From contig NC_069009.1 in the NCBI RefSeq assembly GCF_001194135.2, forward strand, positions 8,853,878 to 8,914,418: a stretch of 60,541 nucleotides of DNA, read 5' to 3'. The notes beneath the pieces are model-generated. The model did not search any database. It saw only the letters and a list, made by a program, of their open reading frames with translations, and had not been told where the DNA came from. The translations under genes were made by a program, and so were the position numbers. Shown one piece after another: positions 47,279-58,500 of the stretch. Within the stretch, counting starts at the first letter, position 1. The number at the start of each line of letters is the position of its first letter. The stretch is from Octopus bimaculoides. Lineage: Eukaryota.

Positions 47279-48199
47279 CTATATATATATACAAAATTAA
47301 GAGGAATGACCACCAAAAGTGGACTCCCTTATGCTAGAAATAGATGCCAAATCACCTAACCATGAAGAGTATGTTCTCAAGAAAACAAATTTTGGATTTT
47401 TAAAAAATATGCTAGGCCACTGGTTTTAATTGATTAATATCAATTTCTACCCTNNNNNNNNNNNNNNNNNNNNNNNNNNNNNNNNNNNNNNNNNNNNNNN
47501 NNNNNNNNNNNNNNNNNNNNNNNNNNNNNNNNNNNNNNNNNNNNNNNNNNNNNNNNNNNNNNNNNNNNNNNNNNNNNNNNNNNNNNNNNNNNNNNNNNNN
47601 NNNNNNNNNNNNNNNNNNNNNNNNNNNNNNNNNNNNNNNNNNNNNNNNNNNNNNNNNNNNNNNNNNNNNNNNNNNNNNNNNNNNNNNNNNNNNNNNNNNN
47701 NNNNNNNNNNNNNNNNNNNNNNNNNNNNNNNNNNNNNNNNNNNNNNNNNNNNNNNNNNNNNNNNNNNNNNNNNNNNNNNNNNNNNNNNNNNNNNNNNNNN
47801 NNNNNNNNNNNNNNNNNNNNNNNNNNNNNNNNNNNNNNNNNNNNNNNNNNNNNNNNNNNNNNNNNNNNNNNNNNNNNNNNNNNNNNNNNNNNNNNNNNNN
47901 NNNNNNNNNNNNNNNNNNNNNNNNNNNNNNNNNNNNNNNNNNNNNNNNNNNNNNNNNNNNNNNNNNNNNNNNNNNNNNNNNNNNNNNNNNNNNNNNNNNN
48001 NNNNNNNNNNNNNNNNNNNNNNNNNNNNNNNNNNNNNNNNNNNNNNNNNNNNNNNNNNNNNNNNNNNNNNNNNNNNNNNNNNNNNNNNNNNNNNNNNNNN
48101 NNNNNNNNNNNNNNNNNNNCACACACACACACACTGACACACACACACACACTGACACACACACACACAAGTAAATATACATAACTTGATAGATAAATT

Positions 48200-48341
48200 G
48201 AGAGATACAGACTTAGATAAATAGATGTGCGTTATAACAGATGGACAGACAGACAGATAGATAGATAGATAGAGTGAGAGAGAGAGATAAAGAGAAGGGG
48301 AGAAATAGACACATAGTGAGATAGATAGATACATAGATAGG

Positions 48342-48387
<46 letters not shown>

Positions 48388-48620
48388 CATAGATAGATAA
48401 ATAGATAGATAGATAGATAAATAGATCGATAGGCAGATAGACAGACAGATCGACAGACAGCTAGATAGATAAATAGATAGACAGACAGACAGACAGATAG
48501 GTAGAAAGACAGGTCAACAGATAGATAGATAGACAGAAAGAGAGCCGACACGCACATATATATGCATATATAGAAAGAGACAAACTGACAGATAGACAGA
48601 CTGACAGAACTGACACACGG
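48200..48620. repeat. (GATA)n/(GACA)n tetranucleotide array
   Basis: Direct sequence inspection. Confidence 0.95.
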
Positions 48621-48831
48621 ACAGATTAATAGTTAGGATAGATAGAAATAGGGAAGAAGAAGGGAGAGCAGGAGGAGGGAGAGAAACTAAAGCAAATATC
48701 TGGGAAGGAGTCAGGGGATGGTGGGGAGTCTTCATTTCAAAACTAACCATGGTTAATGGGGGAAGTGAATGAGAAAGAGGAGAGTCATATCACTTTTGCA
48801 GCAATTGGCTCCAGAGCGAGTAGGGACCACC

Positions 48832-50167
48832 ATGGATGGGGACTATGATGACGATGATTTCTGGGAGACTGGGATGTCACGGCAACTGAAGAGGAACGAC
48901 AGTCATGTTTCTGCAGGCAACATCTATGGAAAACTTGATGGTAGTGGGGATGTTGGTGCTGTTGATGGGGGTACTGGACCTGGTGGTGGTGGTGGTGGTG
49001 GTGGTGGTGGTGATGGTGGTGGTGGTATCGTTATGGAAGTGACAGCAGCAACAGCATCTGAGCAATCAGGTGCCACTGCGTTCCAGAAGAAGGCCAAGCT
49101 GCGCAAGTCAGTGATGTTCAGTGATGACACCTGGACCCTCATGTCACCAACGGAGAGGCACAGCCCTGGCAAACACAGGGGGGAGGAGGAGGAGGGTGTT
49201 GATACTGAGATGGCAGCTTCTGGCTGGGCTGCTGTAACAACGACAACAACATCAATGACTGCGGTGACACCTTCTTCGGCTGGTTTGTCAGGAACTGGTA
49301 GAAAGAAGCGGGAAATTATGACAGGAAAAGCAGCTAGAGCTTCAAGTGACTTTGATGGTGGTGGTAGTAGTCACAGTATTAGTAGAAGCAACAGCAGCTG
49401 TAGTAGCAGTAGCAGTGGTAGTAGTAATTATAGTAGTAGCAATAGTAGTAGTAGTAGTTGTAGTACTTGTCGGCACAGTAATGGTAGTAGTGATAGTGGA
49501 GGAGGTGGCGATGGTGGTGATGATGACAATAATAATGATGACGATGATGACGACAATCACAGTGATGTTGATGTTGAAGGTGGTGGCGATGGTGATGACA
49601 ACAACTCCGATAGGAGAGATATGATCTTGGAGCTACAACGCCTCCATCGACAGCAACATTTGCCAAGGAGAAAGAAGACAAGTAGCAAGCAAGAGGAGGA
49701 GGAGGAAGAGGAGGAGGGGGAAGTGGAAGATGAGGAGGGGACAACTAAGAGCAGTAGGAGTAATAATAGCAGTAGCAGTAGTAGACGGATGAGGAGGAGA
49801 AGACACAGCAGTCAAAGTGGACGTCAGCAGCTGGAGGTGAAGCTTACAGTTGATTCCCTCCTGGAGGATCACTATGGTCAGCTGGTCAAGCTCTGTTTAG
49901 AAGAGATCAAAGTGGACAATGAAGCCAGCCGGAGGCACATCCACGCCCGACAGATGGAGCAGTTGTATAGCACATACATTGCTGTCGGTAACAGACAACT
50001 AGCTCTCACCCCAGTTGCTCTCTACCCACACGGCTGGCCCCAGTATGTGACGCGCAGGCTCTTCTACCCACCTCCTTCATCTGCCACACCCTCAATGGTG
50101 CAGTGGGAACGCAGCAGACGAGGTGACAGTGGGAGCAGTATTGCTGCATTTTCAACAACTTGTTCCA
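48832..50167 (+). CDS. Coding exon 1 of an uncharacterised low-complexity protein (joins 56125-57353)
   Basis: Stop-free frame 48769-50238; strong Kozak GACCACCATGG at 48832; donor A|GTAAGT at 50168 (phase 1). Homopolymer runs are interleaved with ordinary-complexity islands (e.g. LEVKLTVDSLLEDHYGQLVKLCLEE..). The start could instead be ATG 48769. Confidence 0.7.
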
Positions 50168-50178
50168 GTAAGTATATG

Positions 50179-50230
<52 letters not shown>

Positions 50231-50444
50231 GGCGGTGAGCTTGAAGAATTGTTGAATGAAATGCAGTATTTCGCCCGTTGCTATGTTCTGAGTTCAAATT
50301 CCACTGCGGTCAACTTTATCTTTCATCCTTTCGGGGTCGATAAAATAAGTACCAGATGAACACTGAGGTCGATGTAATCAACTCATCCCCTCCCCCCAAA
50401 TTGCTATCTTTGTGGCAAAATTTGAAACCATTATTATTATCATG

Positions 50445-50481
<37 letters not shown>

Positions 50482-50484
50482 CCA

Positions 50485-50518
<34 letters not shown>

Positions 50519-51150
50519 CATTGTTATTGTTATTATTATTAAGACAGCAAGCTGACAGAATTGTTAGCATGTTGGACAAAATGCTCAGCAGCATTTTGCC
50601 TGTCTCATGTTCTGAGTTCAAATTCCGCCGAGGTTGACTTTGCCTTTCATCCTTTTAAGGGCAATAAATTAAGTATCAATGAAACACTGGGGTCGATGTG
50701 ATTGACTTGTCCCCTCCCTCAAAATATCAGGTCTTGTGCCTTTAGTAGAAAAGATTATTATTATTATTATTACTGAAGGTGGTGAGCTGGCAGAGTTGTT
50801 AGCACACTGGATGGAATGCTTAGCAGTGTTTTGCTTGTCACTACATTCTGAGTTCAAATTCTGCCAAGGTCAACTTTGCCTTTCATCCTTTCAAGGTCAG
50901 TAAATTAAGTACCAGTTGCATACTGGGGTCAATCTATTGACTGACCCCCCTCCCCAGACCTTGTGCTTAAGAAAGGATTGTTGTTGTTGTTGTTGTTGTT
51001 GTTGTTATTATTAAAACTGGTAGAATCGTTAGCACAGAAAACAAAATGCTTAGCAGCATTTCATCCATCTTTACAGTTCTGACTTTGCCTTTCATCCTTT
51101 TGGAGTCAATAAACTAAGAACCAGTTGAAAACTGGGGTTGATCTGGGACT
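50231..51150 (+). mobile_element. Four head-to-tail SINE family B copies separated by (TAT)n/(CAT)n/(TGT)n
   Basis: Copies start at ~50231, 50543, 50778 and 51012; shared GAGTTCAAATTC and Deu/Nin-like CTTTCATCCTTT..GTC.ATAAA.TAAGTACCAG. Confidence 0.85.
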
Positions 51151-51711
51151 TATCCCCTCTAGCTATTTGCTAATTTTCTCTCCTGATGAAGGATGCCAGT
51201 CTTACTGTAATGTCTCCATGTGACCATCCTCCATATCCATACTTTTTGCACATTCCATCTGCTAATTATGAGGATTAGGATTATTATGTAATTCAGGGCT
51301 CCCACAAACACCTGTCAAGTTAAAAAAAACTATGCATTCTCCCCTTAGTTTTCTTAATTTTTTTATACTCCATGTAAAAGTAAATTTATTTGTCAAAATA
51401 TATATAAATATTTATATGCTTGTAAATCCAATCAGTAATGATCATTTCATTAGGATTCTATAATTTATATAAAGGAACAGAGGAGGTATAAGATAGATAG
51501 ATGTAGTTCACCAGTTGACATCCATATAACGACAATCATTTCACCGCCTTTATTACAGAGAAGCAATTTATTGTAGTGCATAATGAATAATAAATTATTT
51601 TACATGCTTGTATTAATGTATGTAATATAAATTATATAGTACACTTGTATGATTTCTAAATTAATATAAGTAAAAATTTTATCATCATGGTTACATTCAT
51701 TCATCAATGCA

Positions 51712-51763
<52 letters not shown>

Positions 51764-52099
51764 GTGAGTAAACAAATGAAAAAGGACACTCAACACGTTT
51801 ATTGGGAGTTACATGTATAGATCGAAACACTTTTATTCAGACTCCTTTGTACTCTGAGTTTCAAACGTGTGGCTAGTCTTTGGCTATTGGGGTACAAATG
51901 AGAGTTCGATCAAAGAGAGTCGATGTTTACTACTGGACGTTAGCCTGCAATTGGTCGAGAAAGGTCACATGGCATAGCAGTTTGATGTTGGTATTTCAGC
52001 AACAACAATGGTGAACAGGAAATCAACCACGTGGGGAACAGGAAATTGGTTGTGTGGTTGGGGGGAAGTAGGAAGGGGCAGTAGATGTTGGGGTATATG

Positions 52100-52560
52100 T
52101 GTATATATGTACATGTATATACCCATATATCCGCGTGTATGCATCCGTACTAATACAAGTGTGTGTTTGTGCTTAGACATACATTCACACATCCGTGTGT
52201 AAGTGCGTGCGTGCACACACACACACACACATGAAGGCACACATGCATACATACACGAACACACACACACACACACGTGCAGACCTTTATTTCCATGTAC
52301 ATATGCACATGCACATGCATGTGTACACACAAGTGTGCACATGTGCATACATGCACACATGGGTGCAAACACGTGTACATGCATGCACACATGTGGGTAC
52401 GTTCATGCACATACCTGGGTGCACACATGCATGCACATGTATGCCCACACACACATATGCCCATGCACACACATCCATGCACATGCATACAATGAGCAGA
52501 TGCATATGCGCAGTTACACACATGTGTCCATGTGCATATACTCATGTGGTCATGCACAAA
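52100..52560. repeat. Degenerate alternating purine-pyrimidine (CA/TG/CATG) low-complexity tract
   Basis: Direct inspection; produces spurious His/Thr/Cys/Val-rich ORFs. Confidence 0.85.
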
Positions 52561-52759
52561 GGATGATGTACAGGGGGTGAGAGTATGTGAGTAGACAGGC
52601 ATGGAGAAGTGTTTGGGATTGGTTACTTGCTGTACTGTTCATGGAGGTTAATTCGTGACATTGACGTTGGTGCCAGCGGTGCTGGGGGTGACCGGTACTA
52701 AGGAGGTATATCTGGGTTGTTGGCAGCTAGGGGCTTGAAATTTACCAGAAGAGTGTACC

Positions 52760-53183
52760 TCTGGTGACAGCAATATGATACCTCATATTTCTTGTTGATG
52801 GATGACATGCAGTTTTTTGTGGAAGCACAACTGGCAGTTAGGAGCACCAACTGAATATGGTGGCACCCTGTCGATTATAGTCCACTTGATGCTGGGTGTT
52901 TCATCTCGGAGGTCATGAAGTCTCCAGAGAAAACATGACGGAAGTGGAGTTCTCTCTGTCCCCGGATCTAAATGAATACAAGTGCTGGGAATATCTTCCC
53001 TTGAAGTTATTGGCTGTCATGCCTGTATAGTTGCCAGTAATGACATCAGATGGTGTAAGGGTGGCTCTGTATACTACAGCCCTTGAAAGGCAAGATCCTC
53101 CTAGTGGGCAGGTGGTAGGGTTTCGGAGGTTGCAGGTTGGAGGTTGTGTGGGTGCGTTTTTATGTCTATTGATGGGTGCAATG
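52760..53183 (-). mobile_element. Penelope-like element, GIY-YIG endonuclease / C-terminal fragment
   Basis: TCNLRNPTTCPLGGSCLSRAVVYRATL..YTGMTANNFKGRYSQHLYSF, then frameshifted PSIKWTII.R..PY..NCQLC. Confidence 0.85.
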
Positions 53184-53249
53184 NNNNNNNNNNNNNNNNN
53201 NNNNNNNNNNNNNNNNNNNNNNNNNNNNNNNNNNNNNNNNNNNNNNNNN

Positions 53250-53452
53250 NATATATATATGGGAGAATGTACGAAAAAAAACAATAACAGACGAGGATAG
53301 GTGGTGTAAACAACAAAAGGATGTATTAGTATGACGCTCGGGAATACGGAAAGTCTTTAACGTTTCGAGCTACGCTCTTCAACAGAAAGAATACAGAGAA
53401 AACAACGAGAAAAACACGGAGAAAAAAAATTGAATGGTGTTGGTCAATGGTC
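53250..53452 (-). mobile_element. Probable Penelope pseudo-LTR carrying a hammerhead motif
   Basis: Adjacent (across a gap) to the GIY-YIG fragment on the same strand; contains the HHR fold listed separately. Confidence 0.6.
53354..53390 (-). ncRNA. Minimal type I hammerhead ribozyme-like fold (core variant CUGUUGA)
   Basis: The minus strand reads TCTTT-CTGTTGA-A-GAGC(GTA)GCTC-GAAAC-GTT-AAAGA: 5-bp stem I, 4-bp stem II and a palindromic stem III (AACGTT). Confidence 0.55.
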
Positions 53453-53454
53453 TA

Positions 53455-54656
53455 CCTCACAGAAGTATGTACACCCCTAAAAAATTTCAGTAAAATTGCC
53501 ATTACTCTGATAGCATTGAAGGAAATCAAATGAAATTTATACTGAATAAAATATATTATACTTGCAAATATTATACTATAAGGGAAAGGAAAGGTTCATT
53601 ATACCAGTAGAGTATCACCTTCTCCCATTATAATTATTTTCTTCTAAGGATCTGGATGGTGAAAGAAGAAGCTCATGAGTGGAGGCAATTCAATAATTCG
53701 TTTATTGTGATTCCCAATCTTGTGTCCTGTTCTAGGTGTCCATCTTCATGGCAGCGCATGGCTTGTGATATCTCCACTCACGTGAGGTACATTACCTCTG
53801 GAGAAGGTGGTTAGAATGGGTTAGAGTCTGCTGCAGCTGCCTGCTTTGTTGTGTCCCTTAGCGTAAGCAAGCTGGAGAACACTAAGGGGTTGAATGTCCT
53901 TCGTACCTGCTTAAATAGCTGTTGTCTAGGAGAGCCTCATTGTGGTGTCGTGCATGTCAACGATTGTATGCGAGATCTTGCTCTTGCCTTGGAGAAGATA
54001 ATCGCTGCCAGCAAGATCTCATACAAAATGGCACTGGCTACTTGTGCCACACTACAATACAAATTTGGAACACAAAACAGAAGACTTAATGCAGTCATTG
54101 AAAGCAAGGGCAGTCAAATCAAATACTGAAGAAAGCAAATAATCCTTTCATGTCTACATATTTTTGTATTGTTTGAAGATTAATATTTTGGTCATATTTT
54201 CATTCATATATATATATATATATATACCGGAGTAAGCACTTAAATGTGAAACAAGGTGGAAAAAAGAGTACTCAAATACCAGAGGTAGAGTAATATGCTT
54301 TATTTAAAAGCAGCAGAAATATAACAAAAGACTGTTACTCGGAGTTTCACATTCCCATTCATCGGACAGTTTTGTTAGAAAGAAGACTTAATTCAGTCAT
54401 TGAAAGCAAGGGCAGTCACATCAAATATTGAATATACCAAATAAACCTTTCGAGTGTACATGTTTTTGTATTGTTTGAAAATTAATATTTTGTTCATATT
54501 TTTGAAAATGTTTATTGTTTTGTGTTCCAAATTTGTATAACATTTACATGTATAACATATTTTATTCAGTATAAATTTCGTTTGGTTTCCTTCGATATTG
54601 TCAGAGTAATGGCAATTTTACTTAAATTTTTTAGGGGTGTACATAATTCTGTGAGA
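53455..54656 (+). mobile_element. Non-autonomous Tc1-like element with ~105-bp TIRs
   Basis: TIR (C/T)CTCACAGAA(G/T)TATGTACACCCCTAAAAAATTT..TTTATACTGAATAAAATA at both ends with TA flanks; Tc1 C-terminus RRLNAVIESKGSQIKY* inside. Confidence 0.85.
54331..54370 (-). ncRNA. Minimal type I hammerhead ribozyme-like fold (core variant CCGAUGA) in a probable Penelope pLTR fragment (54228-54380)
   Basis: The minus strand reads ACTGT-CCGATGA-ATG(GGAA)TGT-GAAA-CTC(C)GAG-TA-ACAGT: 5-bp stem I, wobble-decayed stem II, quasi-palindromic stem III and a GUA cleavage triplet. Confidence 0.6.
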
Positions 54657-54967
54657 TATATATACACACACACAAACATAGTGAGTCAGCTTTCAAAATA
54701 TTCATATATGGAAGACAATAAGTAATAAAATTAATGGAACCATTTACTATAGAAGGGAGAAGGGAGATTTAGCAAGATATAAAAATATTAAACAATGGAT
54801 TACGGTGGTAGAAGCGAAGTTTATATATAGTCTGATATAGAGGGAGAATCATATTTATTGTTAATAATTTAGGATTAAAAATATGATAAAGGCTCTGAAA
54901 TGATCATTGTTATATGGATGTCAAATGGTAAAATAATTTTTTTCATTTTATACCTCCTCTCTTTCTT

Positions 54968-55012
<45 letters not shown>

Positions 55013-55260
55013 GTCGTGGCCAATGCTGATGACACGTAAATGGTGGTCACGTTGTTGGCATGTAAAAAGCACCCATTATGTTCTTGGAGTGGTTGGTGTT
55101 TGGAAGAGCACCCACCCACAGAAACCATGCCAAACCAGACTAGGACTTGGTGCAGCTCTCTGACTTACCAGTTCCAGTCAAACTGTCTAACCCATGCCAG
55201 CATGGAATGCAGATGCTGCACGGTGATGATTATGATGATATATATATATTTATATATATA

Positions 55261-55667
55261 TTTATTTATATTAAGGGCATTACTATACATAAATGCCTCA
55301 TGCTAGGAGGGACTCTTAAAGTCAAAACTACCATAATAAACACATTGTACCGAACGCGAGGGAATGTAACTCTCGAAGTGAGCATTTTAAAACCAGATTC
55401 AGCTGCAGATCATATGATTTCATAATTAAGTGCACAAAATGCACTTTTTAATCATCAGTGCAAGCATAATCAAGACATTAAAAAGTGCATTTTGTGCACT
55501 AATTATCAATTCATATGATCTGCGGTTGAATCTGTTTTTAAAAGGCTCTCTTCGAGAGTTGCATTCCCTCGCATTCAGTACAATATGTTTATTATGGTAG
55601 TTTTGAATTTAAGAGTCCCTCCTAGCATGAGGCATTTATGTATAGTAATGCTCTTAATATAAATAAA
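55261..55667. mobile_element. Foldback/MITE-like element: ~190-bp inverted arms with a 24-nt spacer
   Basis: 55261-55452 and 55477-55667 are about 90% reverse-complementary by eye; flanked by TA-rich sequence. Confidence 0.85.
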
Positions 55668-55790
55668 CATATTTAAAGGGAATAATTAATAANNNNNNNN
55701 NNNNNNNNNNNNNNNNNNNNNNNNNNNNNNNNNNNNNNNNNNNNNNNNNNNNNNNNNNNNNNNNNNNNNNNNNNNNNNNNNNNNNNNNNN

Positions 55791-55826
<36 letters not shown>

Positions 55827-55832
55827 CATACA

Positions 55833-55861
<29 letters not shown>

Positions 55862-55863
<2 letters not shown>

Positions 55864-56040
55864 GTATACACATGTCAAGTTTCTTTCAGTTCCTGCCTAC
55901 CAAATCCACTTACAAGGCTTTGGTTGGCCCAGGGCTATAGTAGGAGACACTTAACTTAGGTGCCATGTAATGTGACTGAACCTAGAACCATGTAGTTGGT
56001 TCTTACCAAACAGCTATGCTTACATATACACATACACATG
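55862..56040 (-). mobile_element. SINE family A head
   Basis: Reverse complement of the head consensus. Confidence 0.75.
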
Positions 56041-56124
56041 CATGCACCCATTCTTACACATATGCACACATACTTATACAACCACACACACACATCTAAC
56101 TTTATTATATGTCTTATTTTCCAG

Positions 56125-57353
56125 GGAGTCTTGGAGAGAATGAAATTAGACATGAAAGGATGAACCAAAGGTTGCTGAATGGTACTCGCAGAGTCCAGAA
56201 CAACAGGAAATTGTTTCGAGCCAAAACTACAGTTAGCCCCAAAAAGTCATCAGCGAATCCTTTTTTTACCTCATCATCTTCCAAAGGTATCTTTGACCGA
56301 CAGGAGAACATTCCAAAAGCACCACCACCAACAGCAGCGGCAACAATGCCAACACCGTCAGCAATGTGTAAGAAAAAGCCATCAGGCTCTTCGTCCACGT
56401 CATCGTCTGGCGGAGGCAGTTTTGTCCATCAGAAGAAGTTTCCACTGCAGACAGCATCGGAGGAAAATGCTGCAAACCAAACCTGTCGTAATGTTGACAA
56501 CTGTTTCCGACCAAACAACAGTAACCCGCATATCCTGAAATGGTTGCAGAAGAAAGACAAAGACCTTTGGCAACAGAAACGAGAGATGAAGGTGAGAAAG
56601 AAGCTGGAAACCGAGAACAGAAAACTGGATGCGGCCTTCAAAGCAGATCGTCAGCTCCGCTCGAGTGCAGCATTTGAAGAGTGGATGCATTGCAAGGCCA
56701 AAGAGAAGAGCTCCATTGACCTGTCACAGGAGCCAAAACAAAGCCCCAAACCCACATGTGGGTTTCCGTTTATGAGCAAGGAGCAGCATGAGTGTGAGGG
56801 TGATGATGATGTTGGTGTTCAAGAGCAGAAGTTGTCTGCTTCTCAGAAGAGTTCAGGTTTTGTTAAAGCAGGCAGAAGTTTGTTGGATGAGACTGAAGAA
56901 TTTGTAAATGAGAATCTCCTGAGGAGGACAAACCTTCAGAATTGGCAAAGAAAAAACCCAGTTTCCAACTTCACATCAAGTCAAGCAGGAATTGGGACAG
57001 ATGTTCCTCTTGATAAGCCTGAGAGTTCAACAAGATTTGCTGACTGTGGTGTTGATAAAAAAAAAGAGGAACTTGAAATAGCTAGCAAGACTGAGAAGCA
57101 TGATGTAAAGAAATCCAGTTTGATGTTCCAACGACCAGATGAGGACAATGAAAGAAACCAGGGAAAAGAGCAAAGTTTCTATGGGAAGTCAGAATCACAG
57201 TCATCCTCACCTCCAACTCCACTGCCACTGGTAACGAAGAAATCAACCTCTAGACCTAAAACTGCCCATGGACGCCGGTCAAGGTGCTCTGCAGCAACAA
57301 ACAGAGATAAATGTCTTGTATCCCCTCAACCCATGCCACTTCCATCTCTATAG
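56125..57353 (+). CDS. Terminal coding exon of the uncharacterised protein; coiled-coil segment with WLxxK / AFxxW motifs (weakly CCDC181/CCDC34/MAP9-like)
   Basis: 414-codon stop-free frame of ordinary composition; acceptor GTCTTATTTTCCAG|GG at 56124/56125 (phase 1) matches the phase-1 donor at 50168; stop TAG at 57351-57353. Confidence 0.8.
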
Positions 57354-57740
57354 ACACCAGTTGTCTAACTTGAATCCACAGATATACAAGAAATTCTTGT
57401 CCTATCCCCATCTATCTATGCCACTTTGAACACTATAGACACAAGCTGTCTAACCCAAATGCACAGATTCATAAAAGATACATATTTCACCTATGTGGCT
57501 CCCCCCATCTCCATAAGCACAAGTTATCTAACATGAATGTCCAGACATGAAAGAAATGAATGTCCTGTGTCCCCACCTGTCTGTAGCACTTCTAATACTA
57601 GAGACACAAGTTGTTTAACCTGAATATCTCAATATGTAAGAAAGAGATGTTCTGTGTCCCTCTTTACCTATATCATTTCCATCTCTCTAGACACAAGTTG
57701 TGTAACCTGAATGTACAGAGATGTAAGAGAGGAGTATTAT
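57300..57740 (+). repeat. Degenerate ~85-bp tandem repeat, about 5 copies, spanning the stop codon
   Basis: AG(A)CAC(A/C)AG(T/C)T.T.TAAC motif at 57352, 57437, 57516, 57602 and 57689. Confidence 0.8.
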
Positions 57741-57999
57741 GCATCAATCTTGCAGCTAATACTTTCCTCATTATAGATATATATACTATTTTGAAATCTG
57801 GACACACATATATGTAACAGCCAAAACTGTTGCATCACAAACACAAGGATTCCTCTGCAGTCTGCAGAACTGGTAAACAATTCAACTAGGATCAGATGTT
57901 TGTTCTCTTTAAAGCCTCAAAAAACAAAAACAAAAACAAAAAAAAAGTGTAAAGAAGAAAATTAGTTCTCTGTTGATTATGACGACGATTAGTTCCAGC

Positions 58000-58500
58000 T
58001 GATCTGATTTACAGAACAGCCTGCTTGTGAAATTAACATGCAAATGGCTGAGCACTCCACAGACATGCGTACCTTTAATGCAATTCCAGGAAGGTTTAGT
58101 GTGATAAGGCTGGCCCTTTGGAATACAGGTACAACTCATTTTTGCCAGCTGAGTGTGGACTGGAGCAACATGAAATAAAGGGTCTTGCTCAAGGACACAC
58201 AAAAACTAGCACACCATCGGTTACAGCAATGAGTATTTCAGTTGATCAACAGAACAGCTTGCTTGTGAAATCAATGTGTAAGTGGCTGAGTAATCCACAG
58301 ACATGCATACCCTTAACATAGTTCTCTGGGAGATCTGGTGTGACACTGTGTGACAAGGCTGGCCCTTTGAACTGCAGGTACAACTCATTTTTACCAGTCA
58401 AGTTGATTGGAACAAAATAATAGAAAGCGTTACTCAAGGACACAAAACTGTTGGAAATTGAGCTCACTACATCATGATCCTGAGCCAAACACCCTAACCA
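58000..58500 (-). mobile_element. Two adjacent copies of a third SINE-like family
   Basis: 58000-58200 and 58245-58480 share ..AAGGCTGGCCCTTTG.A...CAGGTACAACTCATTTTT.CCAG..; the minus strand has a CCTTGAGCAAG CORE-like motif. Confidence 0.65.

Noticed and set aside
50231-51150. Repeat-spacer-like periodicity suggesting a CRISPR array
   Set aside because: Eukaryotic context; the units are ~200-bp SINEs and the spacers are microsatellites.
51965-52602. Overlapping His/Thr/Cys/Val-rich ORFs (also 59202-59691 and 25559-25834)
   Set aside because: They are translations of (CA)n/(TA)n/(CATG) microsatellites.
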